Below, piece after piece: positions 37,014 to 47,192 of a stretch of 64,000 nt of DNA. The notes under the pieces were generated by a model. That model searched no databases. It was not told where the DNA came from and was given only the letters and a program-made list of their open reading frames with translations. The stretch is from Kiritimatiellia bacterium. GTDB lineage: Bacteria > Verrucomicrobiota > Kiritimatiellia > RFP12 > JBMNHG01. The number at the start of each line of letters is the position of its first letter. Position 1 is the first letter of the stretch. The DNA is taken from NCBI GenBank assembly GCA_050950285.1, contig JBMNHG010000006.1, positions 417,167 to 481,166 on the forward strand. The letters are read 5' to 3'. The position numbers were made by a program, and so were the translations under genes.

Positions 37014-38522
37014 TTACGAATCGCCCGCAGGACGGCTGGATACGGGATCCGGCGGCCACGAAGCCAGGGGAGGAAGTCCGGAAGAGCGACGGAGTTCGAG
37101 AAAACTTGCAACGACTTCGAAGGCGACGGCGAGTTTTCGGCGGGTGGCGTTGGTGAGGTCCTTTTGGGCGTCCAGGACGTTGCGGCTGGAGCCGTCGCCG
37201 ATGGAGAAGCGGGCGTTCTCGGCCTCCAGGGCGAAGCGGGCCTGGGTCACGGAATCCTCGGCCATCGCCAACCGGGAGCAGGCGTTCGTGAACGACGACA
37301 CGGCCTGGGCGTGTCGGACGCGGGCGGAGAATTCCGCGGCGTCGGCGTCGGCGCGAGCGGCATCGGCACGAGCTTCGGCGGCCTCGATTTTGGCCTGGAC
37401 GCCATCGCGGGAGAGCGGCGTGGAGAAGACAACGGCGGCGCCGTAGCCGACGTCCCTGTCCACGTCCTCGTCCGGCCGGCTCCCCCACCCCATCCCGAGC
37501 AGGACGTCCAGGGAGGGCTTGTCCCGCTCATGCACGGACAACGCGGCGCTTCGCTTCGAGCGGGCCGATTCCCGGGCGGCGAAGACTTCGGGGATGTTTT
37601 CGACGGCCGCGGCGGAAAGCATTCCCGCCGCTTCGGACACGGCGGCGTCCTGCGCCCAGGCGTCGAGGACGGCGCCCGCAGCGGTCAAATCGTCCGAGAG
37701 CGCCTCCCGGGGAAGGAAGCGGCCGACGGCACCGGAAAGGTCGTCCAGTGCGGTCGTGATCCGTCCTTTGGATCCCGCGAGTTCCTCGCGGCGGACGGCG
37801 ACCTCGTATCGGGCGGGGAAGAGGTGGTATTCGGCGACATCCTGCAGTTCCGCCCGATCGGCGGTTTCCTTTGCGAGTGCCTCCGCGCGTTCGAGGGCGC
37901 GGGCGACCTCCATGGCGTCCGCCGCCTGGAAGAGGAGCTGCGCGTACGCCAACGCGACGCCGGACAATTCATCCAGCACCGAGGCATGCGCGGCGGCGGC
38001 TTGGGCCCGTGATTCGGCGGAGAGGGAATCCACCTCGAGACGGTTCTCGTGGAATCCGCGGTCGCGCCAGAGCGGAATGCGCAGGCGGGCGCCGGCGGTG
38101 GCGAGGTCGTCGCCATCGGCTTCGCCCGCGGTGCGATGGGTCATCTGGCGCGCGCCGGCGGCACCGTAGACGCCCGCCGCCAGCGGCGCCTCCACGCCGA
38201 GCTGCGCGGAAAGGGCGTTTTGGGGGACAAAAAAGCCCATCGAGCCGAAGGGGGTTTCAATGGGTTCCTCGACTTGGCCGGCGGAAGCGGAAAGCGTCGG
38301 GGCGCGGAAGGAAAGGCGTGCGGCGTCGGCATCGCGCAAGGCGGCGAGGGCCTCGGACTGCGCGGCCACGATTCGCGGGTTCGAGCGCATCGCCTCGTCG
38401 AGGCATGCCGTTAATCCGGGAAGCTCCGCGGCGGATGCGGAGGCCGCGAGGACGCCCCATGCCAGGATGCATGCCAGGGCCATTGGAAAGGTGCGGGCAA
38501 CAGTGGGGAAATCGCGTTCCAT
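37014..38522 (-). CDS. TolC-family outer membrane protein
   Basis: Signal peptide; CLDEAMRSNPRI, LRIPLWRD, AENARFSIGDGSSRNVLDAQKDL. Confidence 0.85.
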   Translation of the reverse strand: MERDFPTVARTFPMALACILAWGVLAASASAAELPGLTACLDEAMRSNPRIVAAQSEALAALRDADAARLSFRAPTLSASAGQVEEPIETPFGSMGFFVPQNALSAQLGVEAPLAAGVYGAAGARQMTHRTAGEADGDDLATAGARLRIPLWRDRGFHENRLEVDSLSAESRAQAAAAHASVLDELSGVALAYAQLLFQAADAMEVARALERAEALAKETADRAELQDVAEYHLFPARYEVAVRREELAGSKGRITTALDDLSGAVGRFLPREALSDDLTAAGAVLDAWAQDAAVSEAAGMLSAAAVENIPEVFAARESARSKRSAALSVHERDKPSLDVLLGMGWGSRPDEDVDRDVGYGAAVVFSTPLSRDGVQAKIEAAEARADAARADADAAEFSARVRHAQAVSSFTNACSRLAMAEDSVTQARFALEAENARFSIGDGSSRNVLDAQKDLTNATRRKLAVAFEVVASFLELRRSSGLPPLASWPPDPVSSRPAGDS

Positions 38523-38638
38523 GATAAAAAAGCCAAGTGCCGGGGGATGTCGGAAGCGGATCATGCGCCTCCTCCGGAGGGAAAGCAATCCCTGTTCCGT
38601 TTCGTTCGGATGGGTTGAGCGAGATGGGAGGCGGGCGT

Positions 38639-39766
38639 TCAGACGGAGGATTCTCCTTCGCGGGGGGGCGAGGCCAGCGCATCGTGCAGCCATTTCCGCG
38701 ATTTCGCCCGAACGAGTTCGATTCGATCCGGGAGGTCGCCCGGGAGGGGGGTGGAAAGCGCGGCGAGGGCCGGCCCAAGGGGATGTCCGGCGGGAAGCAA
38801 ACGATTGTCCAGCCCCAGCACGCGCAGCAACGAGCGGATGCGGCCTGCCCCGGTTCCATTGTCGAGAGACGCGAAGGGTTTGCCGAAGAGGATGGCGAAG
38901 ACCGTTCCGTGAAAGGAATCCGTAAGCATGCATTGAGCCGAAACGAGGGTTCCGAGCCATTGTTCAACCGACGGCATGGCGGGGGGAACGAGGCGGTTCA
39001 CGAAATCGCCGGCGGAGGGAAGCGCGTGTTCCTCCATCCCCAATGAGGCGGCCGCGGAATGCGCGAGATCCCGGAACGCCGTCTGCCCGGCGAGAAAATA
39101 GGTCGTGATCCCGCCGGCCTCCGTTGCGGAGGCGATTTCGCGGTAGCGTTCGTCCGGCAGGAGCAAGGTGGGGTCTGCGACGCAGTCGGCATGGATTCCG
39201 AAGAGTTCGCGGCAGACGGACAGGGAAGCCTCCTCGCGGACGGAGACGGCGTCGAAGCGTTTGGCGAGTCCGGCGAAGCGGGCCGTGTCCGCGCCGAACT
39301 CCACGTGGTCCGCGCCGAACGAGGCGGCGTAGGCGATTCGTCTCACGCCGGGCGCCCCTTCCAGGAAATCGAGGAAGTAGGCGGGGGATGTGATGCCCGG
39401 ACGCCAGATCTGGTCGCTTCCGGCAAGGACGGCGCGGAGGCCTGCGCCTCGGACGAAGCGCGCGCGTTCCTCAGGCGTGGCCAGGATTGGGCTTTGCCGG
39501 ATCCGGGTCTGGACGAAGCGCGCGATTTGTCGTTCGAGGCGCGCGTCGTGGAAGCGCGCCAGCAACGGGATCTTTTCCCCGCGCCAACGCCGGAAGGCGC
39601 GGAGGAGGACAACCGCCGGCTGGAGCGCCCAGGCGGCGTGGAAGCCGGGTTGACGGAGCAGGATGGGGTCGTGTCCCATTTCCCGGAGCGTCTCCTGCAA
39701 GGCCCATGCCTGAAGGATTCCGCCGTAGTTGGAATGGAACGGAAGCGTGAAGAGGCCGATGTTCAT
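38639..39766 (-). CDS. polysaccharide pyruvyl transferase family protein
   Basis: NYGGILQAWAL, GSDQIW, IAYAASFG, SVRE, DPTLLL, TDSFHGTVFAILF. Confidence 0.9.
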   Translation of the reverse strand: MNIGLFTLPFHSNYGGILQAWALQETLREMGHDPILLRQPGFHAAWALQPAVVLLRAFRRWRGEKIPLLARFHDARLERQIARFVQTRIRQSPILATPEERARFVRGAGLRAVLAGSDQIWRPGITSPAYFLDFLEGAPGVRRIAYAASFGADHVEFGADTARFAGLAKRFDAVSVREEASLSVCRELFGIHADCVADPTLLLPDERYREIASATEAGGITTYFLAGQTAFRDLAHSAAASLGMEEHALPSAGDFVNRLVPPAMPSVEQWLGTLVSAQCMLTDSFHGTVFAILFGKPFASLDNGTGAGRIRSLLRVLGLDNRLLPAGHPLGPALAALSTPLPGDLPDRIELVRAKSRKWLHDALASPPREGESSV

Positions 39767-40929
39767 GCCAAGAGCCGTTTCCATCGTTCGCGCAGCGCAG
39801 AGGGACGCAGGTGTCGGGGGAGCGAGAGGAAACCGTCGATTCCCAATGCAAGACGCACGGCTCGCGAGAAGCGCATGTGCTTGCGAAGCCGGAAAAACAA
39901 GGCGCGGGCGCGATTGGGGGGGAAGTCGCGGACGAGGGCGGAGTTGGCGGCGAGGATGTCTTTACGCCGGGAGGGGCGCACGTCCAGGCCGAGCGACGAG
40001 GCGGCGTCGAGGAGCGCCTTCCCGCGCGGACTCCGGACGACGACTGCGGAGATGCCGGTTTCATCGTCCCAGTCCGGATGGAAAACCTCTCCTTCCCAGA
40101 AGTCGCCGAGGGTCAAATCGCTTCCGGAGGCGCCATCGCGGAAGCGGCATCGGTGGCAGGAGGGGCGCGAGACGAGGTCGAGACTGAAGGCGCGGAGGAA
40201 GAGATCGGACGAGGCCTGCAGATCCGGAGCGCCGTCCCGGAATTGCCAGCAGGTTCCGGATTTCGCCCAGCCTACACGCTTGTCGCGAAAGAGGAAGCCG
40301 GAGACGCCGTCCCGTTTCCCGGGGGGGATGACGTCGTTGCGATAGTCGAGGAAAAGCTCGTGGGACGGGACTCCGTGGCAGATGACTTCGGCGGCGACGA
40401 GATCGTCGGGGCGGCGGCCGAGGAAAGAGAAGAGCGCGGCAACCTGGCAAGGGGTTCCGGAAAACAGCGCCTTGCGCCCTTCGTCGACGTCGCGCGCCAG
40501 CATGGGGAGCGCCTCGTCCATCCGGCTCTGGAGGTACTTGGACCCCCAAAGCCTGGGGAGGCGGTCTTCGCGATCGACGCGGACATGCCGCACCTGGCCG
40601 CTGGGGAACTCCTGTCGGGCGCCGTACACGACGCCGCCGGAAAGCAGCATGGCGCGGGCGAGGAGCGGGAAGACGCCGCCGGAAGACGACCCGCGCCGGA
40701 CCGGCTCCGACATCGCCCGGGCGGCCAGATACGCGGCATCGGGCTGGCGTCGGCGCGGAGCGAGCACGGGGCAGGCGGATTCGCATGTGCCGCAGTGGAT
40801 GCACCGCGCCGGATCGATGGCGGGCTGGAGAAACCCTTCGGCGTCGGGCGTCATCGAAATCGCCTGCTTCGGGCAAGCGACCTGGCAGGCGGAGCACCCG
40901 CAGCAATCCGATCGGGAAGGAAGAGGCAT
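39763..40929 (-). CDS. 4Fe-4S ferredoxin / F420H2-dehydrogenase beta-subunit-like protein
   Basis: CCGCSACQVACP, CIHCGTCESACP, SSSGGVF, GSKYLQS, SGTPCQV, ICHGVPS, RPSCHRC, SDLTLGDFW. Confidence 0.9.
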   Translation of the reverse strand: MPLPSRSDCCGCSACQVACPKQAISMTPDAEGFLQPAIDPARCIHCGTCESACPVLAPRRRQPDAAYLAARAMSEPVRRGSSSGGVFPLLARAMLLSGGVVYGARQEFPSGQVRHVRVDREDRLPRLWGSKYLQSRMDEALPMLARDVDEGRKALFSGTPCQVAALFSFLGRRPDDLVAAEVICHGVPSHELFLDYRNDVIPPGKRDGVSGFLFRDKRVGWAKSGTCWQFRDGAPDLQASSDLFLRAFSLDLVSRPSCHRCRFRDGASGSDLTLGDFWEGEVFHPDWDDETGISAVVVRSPRGKALLDAASSLGLDVRPSRRKDILAANSALVRDFPPNRARALFFRLRKHMRFSRAVRLALGIDGFLSLPRHLRPSALRERWKRLLA

Positions 40930-41053
40930 GGCGTGGGAAAGGGGAAGGGTGCCGCCGCGCCGAGCCGGCGCCGTCCAACTCGCGTCCCCTCCGCCGGGGA
41001 GGAATCCGCTTCCGTCCGCATGCGGTTCCGGAGGGGCGGAGCCGGGGTTCGGA

Positions 41054-42709
41054 CTACGGATGCGTGTCGCGGAGGGCGTTGCGTCGGATCTTGCCCGAAT
41101 GGGTCTTGGGAAGTTCCTTCATGAACTCGACGATGCGCGGGTACTTGTAGGGGGCGGTCACGCGCTTCACGTGGTCCTGGATCTCCTTGGCGAGTTCGGG
41201 GCTGGCGGTGAAGCCGGGAGCGAGCACGATGGAGGCCTTCACCACCTGTCCGCGAGTGGGGTCGGGGGCGCCGGTGACGGCGCATTCCATCACGGCGGGG
41301 TGTTCCATGAGGGCGCTTTCGACCTCGAAGGGGCCGATGCGGTACCCGGAGCACTTGATGATGTCGTCCGAGCGTCCCACGAACCAGATGTAGCCGTCGG
41401 CGTCTCTCCAGACGATGTCGCCGGTGTCGTAATGGCCGCCCTCCCAGCGTTGGGCCATGGCGACGGGGTCGTTCAAGTAGCAGCGGAAGAGCCCGACGGG
41501 GCGGTCGCGGACGGCGTTGCGGACCACGAGGCGGCCTTCGACGCCGTCCTCGCAGGGCTTGCCTTCGTCGTCGAGGATGGCGAGGTCGTACACGGGCGCG
41601 AGCTTGCCGGTCGAGCCGGGCTTGACGGGGTCGCCGAAGCCGAAATTGGCGATGAGGACGGTGGATTCGGTCTGGCCGAAGCCCTCCACGATGGGCTTCC
41701 CGGTGAGTTCGATCCACTTGTTGTAGACCTCCGGGTTGAGCGGTTCGCCGGCCATGGAGAATTGCTGGACGGACGAGAGGTCGTACTGCGAAAGGCCGCA
41801 GTGGATGAGGAACCGATAGACGGTGCAAGGGCCACAGAAGGTGGTCGGGCGCATGGTCTGGATGGCGCCGAGCATGCCTTCGGGGGTGAATTTTTCGGTG
41901 TCGTAGGCGGCGATGGCGGAGCCGCAGATCCATTGTCCGTAGATCTTCCCCCAGCCGAACTTCGCCCAGCCGGAGTCCACGGCGGTGAGATGGAGGCCGC
42001 CATCGGCGACGCGCTGCCAGTACTTGGCGGTGACGATGTGCCCGAGGGGGTGGAGGTGGTCCTGGACGATGGGCTTCGGCCAGCCGGTGGTGCCGGAGGT
42101 GAAGTAGTAGAGCATCGTATCCGTGCCGCAGGCGGCGTCCGCGGGGCGTTCGAAGCGATCCGGATGCGCGGCGTAGACGGCGCGGAAGTCGCGCCAGCCA
42201 TCGGGGATGTCCGATCCCACGCAGTAAGGGGGCTCGATTCCGGGCAGGTCGGCGAGGGCGTCCTTCACGTGGCCCACGACGTCCGGTGAATCCACCGTGA
42301 TGATGCGGCGGGCGCCGACGGTCCTGCAGCGGTACGAGATGTCTTTGCCGGTGAGCAGGAACGAGGCGGGAATGGCGATGGCGCCGAGTTTCGCGAGGGC
42401 CACGAGGGTGAACCACACCTCCGGGCGCTGCTTGAGAAGCAGGAGGACCACGTCGCCCTTCTTCACGCCGTCGGCGGCGAGGGCGTTGGCGATCTGGTTC
42501 GAACGGCGTTTGATGTCGCCGAAGCTGAAGCGGAGGATTTCGCCGGCGTCGTCCATCCAGACGAGCGCCGGCTTCGCGTCGTCGATTTCGGCCCAGGCGT
42601 CCACGACGTCGAAGGCGTAGTTGAAATCGGGGGGTGCGGAAACGCGGTAGTTCGCCTTGAAGTCGTCGTACGATTCGAATTCGGTCCGTGGCAGGTACTT
42701 CTCTAACAT
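41054..42709 (-). CDS. AMP-binding acyl-CoA synthetase
   Basis: YFTSGTTGWPK, GFGQTE, YDTGD, GRSDDIIKCSGYRIGPFEVE, PKTHSGKI. Confidence 0.92.
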   Translation of the reverse strand: MLEKYLPRTEFESYDDFKANYRVSAPPDFNYAFDVVDAWAEIDDAKPALVWMDDAGEILRFSFGDIKRRSNQIANALAADGVKKGDVVLLLLKQRPEVWFTLVALAKLGAIAIPASFLLTGKDISYRCRTVGARRIITVDSPDVVGHVKDALADLPGIEPPYCVGSDIPDGWRDFRAVYAAHPDRFERPADAACGTDTMLYYFTSGTTGWPKPIVQDHLHPLGHIVTAKYWQRVADGGLHLTAVDSGWAKFGWGKIYGQWICGSAIAAYDTEKFTPEGMLGAIQTMRPTTFCGPCTVYRFLIHCGLSQYDLSSVQQFSMAGEPLNPEVYNKWIELTGKPIVEGFGQTESTVLIANFGFGDPVKPGSTGKLAPVYDLAILDDEGKPCEDGVEGRLVVRNAVRDRPVGLFRCYLNDPVAMAQRWEGGHYDTGDIVWRDADGYIWFVGRSDDIIKCSGYRIGPFEVESALMEHPAVMECAVTGAPDPTRGQVVKASIVLAPGFTASPELAKEIQDHVKRVTAPYKYPRIVEFMKELPKTHSGKIRRNALRDTHP

Positions 42710-42777
42710 GGCAGGCTTCGGGTCGGGAGGAATGGGGTCCGTGGGGAACGGTGCGGGGAGCGCGGCACGGGGCGGGC

Positions 42778-43353
42778 CTAGTCGTCGCGGGGCGCTTCGT
42801 TCTGGATGATGGTGAGGAACACGGCGGGGCCGCCGATGGCGCGCTGGCCATGGCTCTGGCGGGCGTCGAAGTAAACGGAGTCGCCTGGGTAGAGAACGAA
42901 GCTGCGGGCGCCGATGATGACCTTGACGACGCCTTCGAGCACGTAGTTGAACTCCTGTCCGTGGTGGGAGACGAGCGCCGGCTCTTTCGATTCGTCCTCG
43001 TGCGGCTCCATGCGGACGAGCATGGGTTCGAGCGACCGGTTGATGTAGTTCCAGGCGAGGGACTCGAAGGAGTAGCCCTGGATGCGGTCGACCTTCGTGC
43101 CGTGGCCGGCGCGGGTCACCGTGTAGCCATCCATGCGCGGGGAGCCGCCGGTGAGGAGCACGGTCACGTCCACGCCGAAGATGCCGGCGAGGGTGTAGAG
43201 CGTGTTGATGGGGATGGAGACCCTACCGCTCTCGTAGTCGAGATAGTCCTGCTCGGAAATCCCCAGTTTTCCGGCGATGTCCGCGGCGTCGAGGCCGAGG
43301 ATGTCGCGAAGTTCGCAGATGCGCTCGATGATTTGTTCGGGTTTGTTGACCAT
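42778..43353 (-). CDS. XRE-family HTH plus cupin transcriptional regulator
   Basis: IAGKLGISEQDYLDYESG HTH; HHGQEFNYVLEG..PGDSVYFDA..HG cupin. Confidence 0.88.
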   Translation of the reverse strand: MVNKPEQIIERICELRDILGLDAADIAGKLGISEQDYLDYESGRVSIPINTLYTLAGIFGVDVTVLLTGGSPRMDGYTVTRAGHGTKVDRIQGYSFESLAWNYINRSLEPMLVRMEPHEDESKEPALVSHHGQEFNYVLEGVVKVIIGARSFVLYPGDSVYFDARQSHGQRAIGGPAVFLTIIQNEAPRDD

Positions 43354-43441
43354 GATGCGAAGTGTACCACACGGTTCGGAGGGGCGTCCAGCGGCCAGAC
43401 GGAGCGCGGTGCGCGCAGGGCGTCCGGCGCCGCGCGGGGCG

Positions 43442-44248
43442 TCAGCACGGCAGGCCGGGGAAGAGGCGCACGGCATTCTTCCAGAGGATGGCCTCGCGCT
43501 CGTCGTCGGCGAGAGGGATGCGCAGGAATCGCTCGAATTCGCCGGCATGGTCCCACATGGGGAAATCGCTTCCGAAAAGGAACTTTTCGACACCGGCGGC
43601 GCGGATCATGTCGGCGGCATGCTGCGGTTCGAACGCGAAGAGCGAGCTCGATGTGTCGAAATACATCGCCCGCGGATGGAGGAAGCGCCGGGCGTCCTCC
43701 CATTCGGAATACCCGCCGAAGTGGGCGGCGATGATGGTCAGGCGGGGGAAGCGGTCCGCGACGGCGGCGATGCGGGCGGGGTTGGTGAAGGCGTAGCGGC
43801 GGTCGCCCGCATGGAAGAGGATGGGGAGCCGTCCCTCGCAGGCGGCGTACAGGGGATCCGCCTTCGGGTCGTCGATGGCGAAGCGCTGGAAGTCGGGATG
43901 GAGCTTCACGCCGAGAAGTCCTTGCGACAGGATGTACGCGACCTCCGTTCCGGGATCGGCCATGTCGGGGTGGAGGGTTCCAAAGCCGGAAAAGAGGTCG
44001 GGACGGGCGCGGCACTCCCGGACGATGCTGTCGTTGATGGCGCGGACCTGCTCCGGCGTGGTGGCGGCGGAATGGATGAGATAGCGCGTGACGCCGATGG
44101 CAGACCCGGAGGCGATCAGATTCTTGGATGTTCCGGGCTGGGCCATTGGAAGGTCATAGAAGCGTCCAATGGCAACCACGGCCTTCGTGGCGATCTTGGC
44201 GGGGTAGACGTGCGCGTGGACGTCGACGATGTGCGGGAATGGGTTCAT
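43442..44248 (-). CDS. amidohydrolase family 2 protein
   Basis: DVHAH, GVKLHPDFQ, LFHAGD, AAHFGG, DTSSS, LFGSDFP. Confidence 0.9.
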   Translation of the reverse strand: MNPFPHIVDVHAHVYPAKIATKAVVAIGRFYDLPMAQPGTSKNLIASGSAIGVTRYLIHSAATTPEQVRAINDSIVRECRARPDLFSGFGTLHPDMADPGTEVAYILSQGLLGVKLHPDFQRFAIDDPKADPLYAACEGRLPILFHAGDRRYAFTNPARIAAVADRFPRLTIIAAHFGGYSEWEDARRFLHPRAMYFDTSSSLFAFEPQHAADMIRAAGVEKFLFGSDFPMWDHAGEFERFLRIPLADDEREAILWKNAVRLFPGLPC

Positions 44249-44500
44249 GAGCGACAAGGACACCCTCATCCGTCGCCCGGCATCCGGAAAATACCACGGG
44301 ATTCCGTAAAGGCTGGCGGGATGGGGAACGGGGAATTAGTACGACAAAATGGATTGGATCGTCAATCTGGAACCGTTCGCCCCTGCCGCCGGGAAAACAC
44401 GCGGATCGGTTGATATGCCATTCTGATTATGGTATGGTAACCGACAATTCCAACGGACGCCTTCCGTCTTCCGTCGCCGTTGGGAAGGGAATCAACCTTG

Positions 44501-45898
44501 ATGTCCGTCCAGAAGAAATCTGCCGGGGAAACCGTCGTCGGGCGCATCGATCCTGACGTGCTTGCCTTCACTGTCGGCCAGGATCCAGTCTTGGATTTGC
44601 GCCTTGCCGAGTGGGATTGCTACGGCACGGCCGCGCATGTCGCGATGCTGTCGCGCATGCCGTACGAGCCGCGCCTTTTTTCGAAGCAGGAATGCGCCGC
44701 CGTACTTGCGGAACTCGCCGCGATCCGCGACCGTGCCCGTTCCGGCGACTTCGCCATCACCGCCGAGGACCAGGACTGCCATCTCGCCATCGAGCGCAAT
44801 CTCACCGGGAAGCTCGGAGACCTGGGCAAACGCGTCCACACCGGCCGCAGCCGCAACGATCAATCCGCCACCGCGATCCGCCTCTACGCACGGGATGCGT
44901 TGCTGGGCGTGATGGAGGAAACGCTGGATCTCTGCAAGGCGCTCGTTGCCTTCGGGCGGAAGAACCGCAAGATTCCGATGGTGGGCCGCACCCACCTCCA
45001 GCCCGCCATGCCCAGTTCGGTCGGCGTATGGGCCACGGCCTATGCCGAGGAATTGCTGGACACGGTCTTCACGGTCCTCCGGGGCGCCTTCGACTTCGTG
45101 AACCGCTGCCCCCTCGGCTCCGCGGCCAGCTACGGCGTGCCGCTGCCCATCGACCGGCAGATGACCTCCGACCTGCTGGGGTTTTCCGATCCGATCCACA
45201 ACGTGCTTGCCGCCGGCAACTCGCGGGGCAAGACCGAAAGCGTAGTCGTCGCCGCGTTGGCGCAAGCGATGGTGACGGTCTCCCGTCTGGCTCAAGACCT
45301 GATTCTCTTCTCGATGCCCGAGTTCGGCTACTTCTCGATGCCGCGGGAATTCTGCACGGGCTCGTCCATCATGCCCCAGAAATACAATCCGGACGTCTGC
45401 GAGCTGGTCCGCTCCAAGGCCGCTCAGGTGGTGGCTCTTTCGACCGCCGCGAACGGCATCCTCGTGGGGATGCCGGGCGGCTACAACCGCGACCTGCAGG
45501 ACACGAAGGCGATCCTGATGGAGGCCTTCGACACGACGCGGGCGACCCTCCGCATCCTGGGGCGCCTCGTCGGCGGATTGGAGGCCCATCCGGAAAAACT
45601 GCGCGCCGCCTTTGCCGATCCGGGCGTCTTTGCGACCGACCGCGCGCTCGAACTCGTCGCCTCCGGAGTGCCCTTCCGCGACGCCTACCACCAGGTGCGC
45701 GACCATCTGCACGATCTCCGCGGCATGGATCCGGACGTCGCCCTGGCCCGGAAAACGCACCTCGGCGCCCCTGCGGGCCTGGATTTCACGATCTACACCG
45801 ACGCCATCTCCAATGCCCGCGACGCCCTGCGGAAGAACCGCCGCACCATCGACTCCGCACTCGCCAAGCTTCTGCCTTCCCGTCCCCTCCCCCAGTGA
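44501..45898 (+). CDS. argH: argininosuccinate lyase
   Basis: HTGRSRNDQ, GRTHLQPAMP, PLGSAA, TGSSIMPQKYNPD, GYNRDLQ. Confidence 0.95.
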   Translation: MSVQKKSAGETVVGRIDPDVLAFTVGQDPVLDLRLAEWDCYGTAAHVAMLSRMPYEPRLFSKQECAAVLAELAAIRDRARSGDFAITAEDQDCHLAIERNLTGKLGDLGKRVHTGRSRNDQSATAIRLYARDALLGVMEETLDLCKALVAFGRKNRKIPMVGRTHLQPAMPSSVGVWATAYAEELLDTVFTVLRGAFDFVNRCPLGSAASYGVPLPIDRQMTSDLLGFSDPIHNVLAAGNSRGKTESVVVAALAQAMVTVSRLAQDLILFSMPEFGYFSMPREFCTGSSIMPQKYNPDVCELVRSKAAQVVALSTAANGILVGMPGGYNRDLQDTKAILMEAFDTTRATLRILGRLVGGLEAHPEKLRAAFADPGVFATDRALELVASGVPFRDAYHQVRDHLHDLRGMDPDVALARKTHLGAPAGLDFTIYTDAISNARDALRKNRRTIDSALAKLLPSRPLPQ

Positions 45899-45914
45899 AC
45901 CCACGACACACGAC

Positions 45915-46757
45915 ATGAACACTTCCTCCCTCGTCCCCGCCATCGTTGCAGCGGCGCTGATTCTCGCGGCCCCCGTCTTCGGCCAAGGCATGGCGGCGCC
46001 TCCAGCCGCCCCGGCTGCGCCCACCGGCGCGTCCCTCGCCGCACCTTTCCCCCCGGAAGCCCCCGCCGCGCCCCCTGCAAATGTTCCAGCCACGACGCAG
46101 GCCTCGACCGAAGACGTCTATGGGATGTCCTTCCGCGAGGCCTGGCGCTATGGCGGCAGCATCATGTACGTGCTGGCCGTGCTCTCCGTGATCGGCCTGG
46201 CGCTCGTGGTCTACCTGCTCGTGCTCCTGCGGCCCTCCGTCATCACGCCCCGGGCGTTGCGTTTGGAGCTCTCCGACAAGCTTCGTGCGGGCGATGACGC
46301 CGCGGCGCGCCGCGCCTGCGAATCCCGCCCCTGTCCGCTCGCCGCCGTCGCCATGGCCGGACTCAACGCCCTGCGCAATTCCTCCCGTCTCGACCGCGAC
46401 CTGCTGAAGGACGCCATGGAAACGGAGGGCGCACGCCAGGCGCAATCCCTGGAAGGCACGGTGCACTGGCTGCTCGACATCTCGGTGGTCGCCCCCATGC
46501 TGGGGCTTCTCGGCACCGTGCTCGGCATGCTCAAGGCCTTCGGATCGATCGCCCACGACGTCGCCGCCGCCAAGCCCGTGATTCTCGCGGAGGGTGTTTC
46601 GCAGGCGATTGTCACCACCGTCTTCGGTCTTATCGTGGCGATTCCCGCGCTCTGCTTCCACTCCTGGCTCCGCCGCCGGGCGGCCCGGCAGATCTCCATC
46701 CTCGAAGCCGCCGCCGCCGAGCTTCTCTCCGACCTTCTTGCCCGCGAAGAACCATGA
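45915..46757 (+). CDS. MotA/TolQ/ExbB proton-channel protein
   Basis: APMLGLLGTVLGMLKAF..GVSQAIVTTVFGLIVAIP. Confidence 0.92.
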   Translation: MNTSSLVPAIVAAALILAAPVFGQGMAAPPAAPAAPTGASLAAPFPPEAPAAPPANVPATTQASTEDVYGMSFREAWRYGGSIMYVLAVLSVIGLALVVYLLVLLRPSVITPRALRLELSDKLRAGDDAAARRACESRPCPLAAVAMAGLNALRNSSRLDRDLLKDAMETEGARQAQSLEGTVHWLLDISVVAPMLGLLGTVLGMLKAFGSIAHDVAAAKPVILAEGVSQAIVTTVFGLIVAIPALCFHSWLRRRAARQISILEAAAAELLSDLLAREEP

Positions 46758-47188
46758 ACTTCCGCAAACGAACCCCCGAACTCCCGCAGTTCCAGACCAC
46801 GCCGATGGTCGACATGGTGTTCCTGCTGCTCTGCTTCTTCATGACCTCCTCGGTCTTCTCGCAATGGGAATACGAGGTGGACATCGTGCTGCCGAGCGCA
46901 CAGTCCGCGAAGATGCCCGACCGCCTCCCCGGCGAAATCATCATCAACGTGGGACTCGACGGCCGCATCAGCGTGAACCAGCAGACGCTTTCGCGCGAGC
47001 AGCTCCGCTCGCGCCTCGATCGGCTCGTGCGCAATTTCCCCGGCCAACCCGTCGTGATCCGCGCGGACCGCGCCACGGCGTACGAGCACGTGATGGCGGT
47101 TGTGGATGCCTGCCGGCTGGCCGACATCTGGAACATCTCCTTTGCAACCGATACCGTCGACGCCCCTCCCGCGCCGGCGCAACCATGA
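46754..47188 (+). CDS. ExbD/TolR biopolymer transporter
   Basis: TPMVDMVFLLLCFFM, VVIRADR. Confidence 0.92.
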   Translation: MNFRKRTPELPQFQTTPMVDMVFLLLCFFMTSSVFSQWEYEVDIVLPSAQSAKMPDRLPGEIIINVGLDGRISVNQQTLSREQLRSRLDRLVRNFPGQPVVIRADRATAYEHVMAVVDACRLADIWNISFATDTVDAPPAPAQP

Positions 47189-47192
47189 CGCC

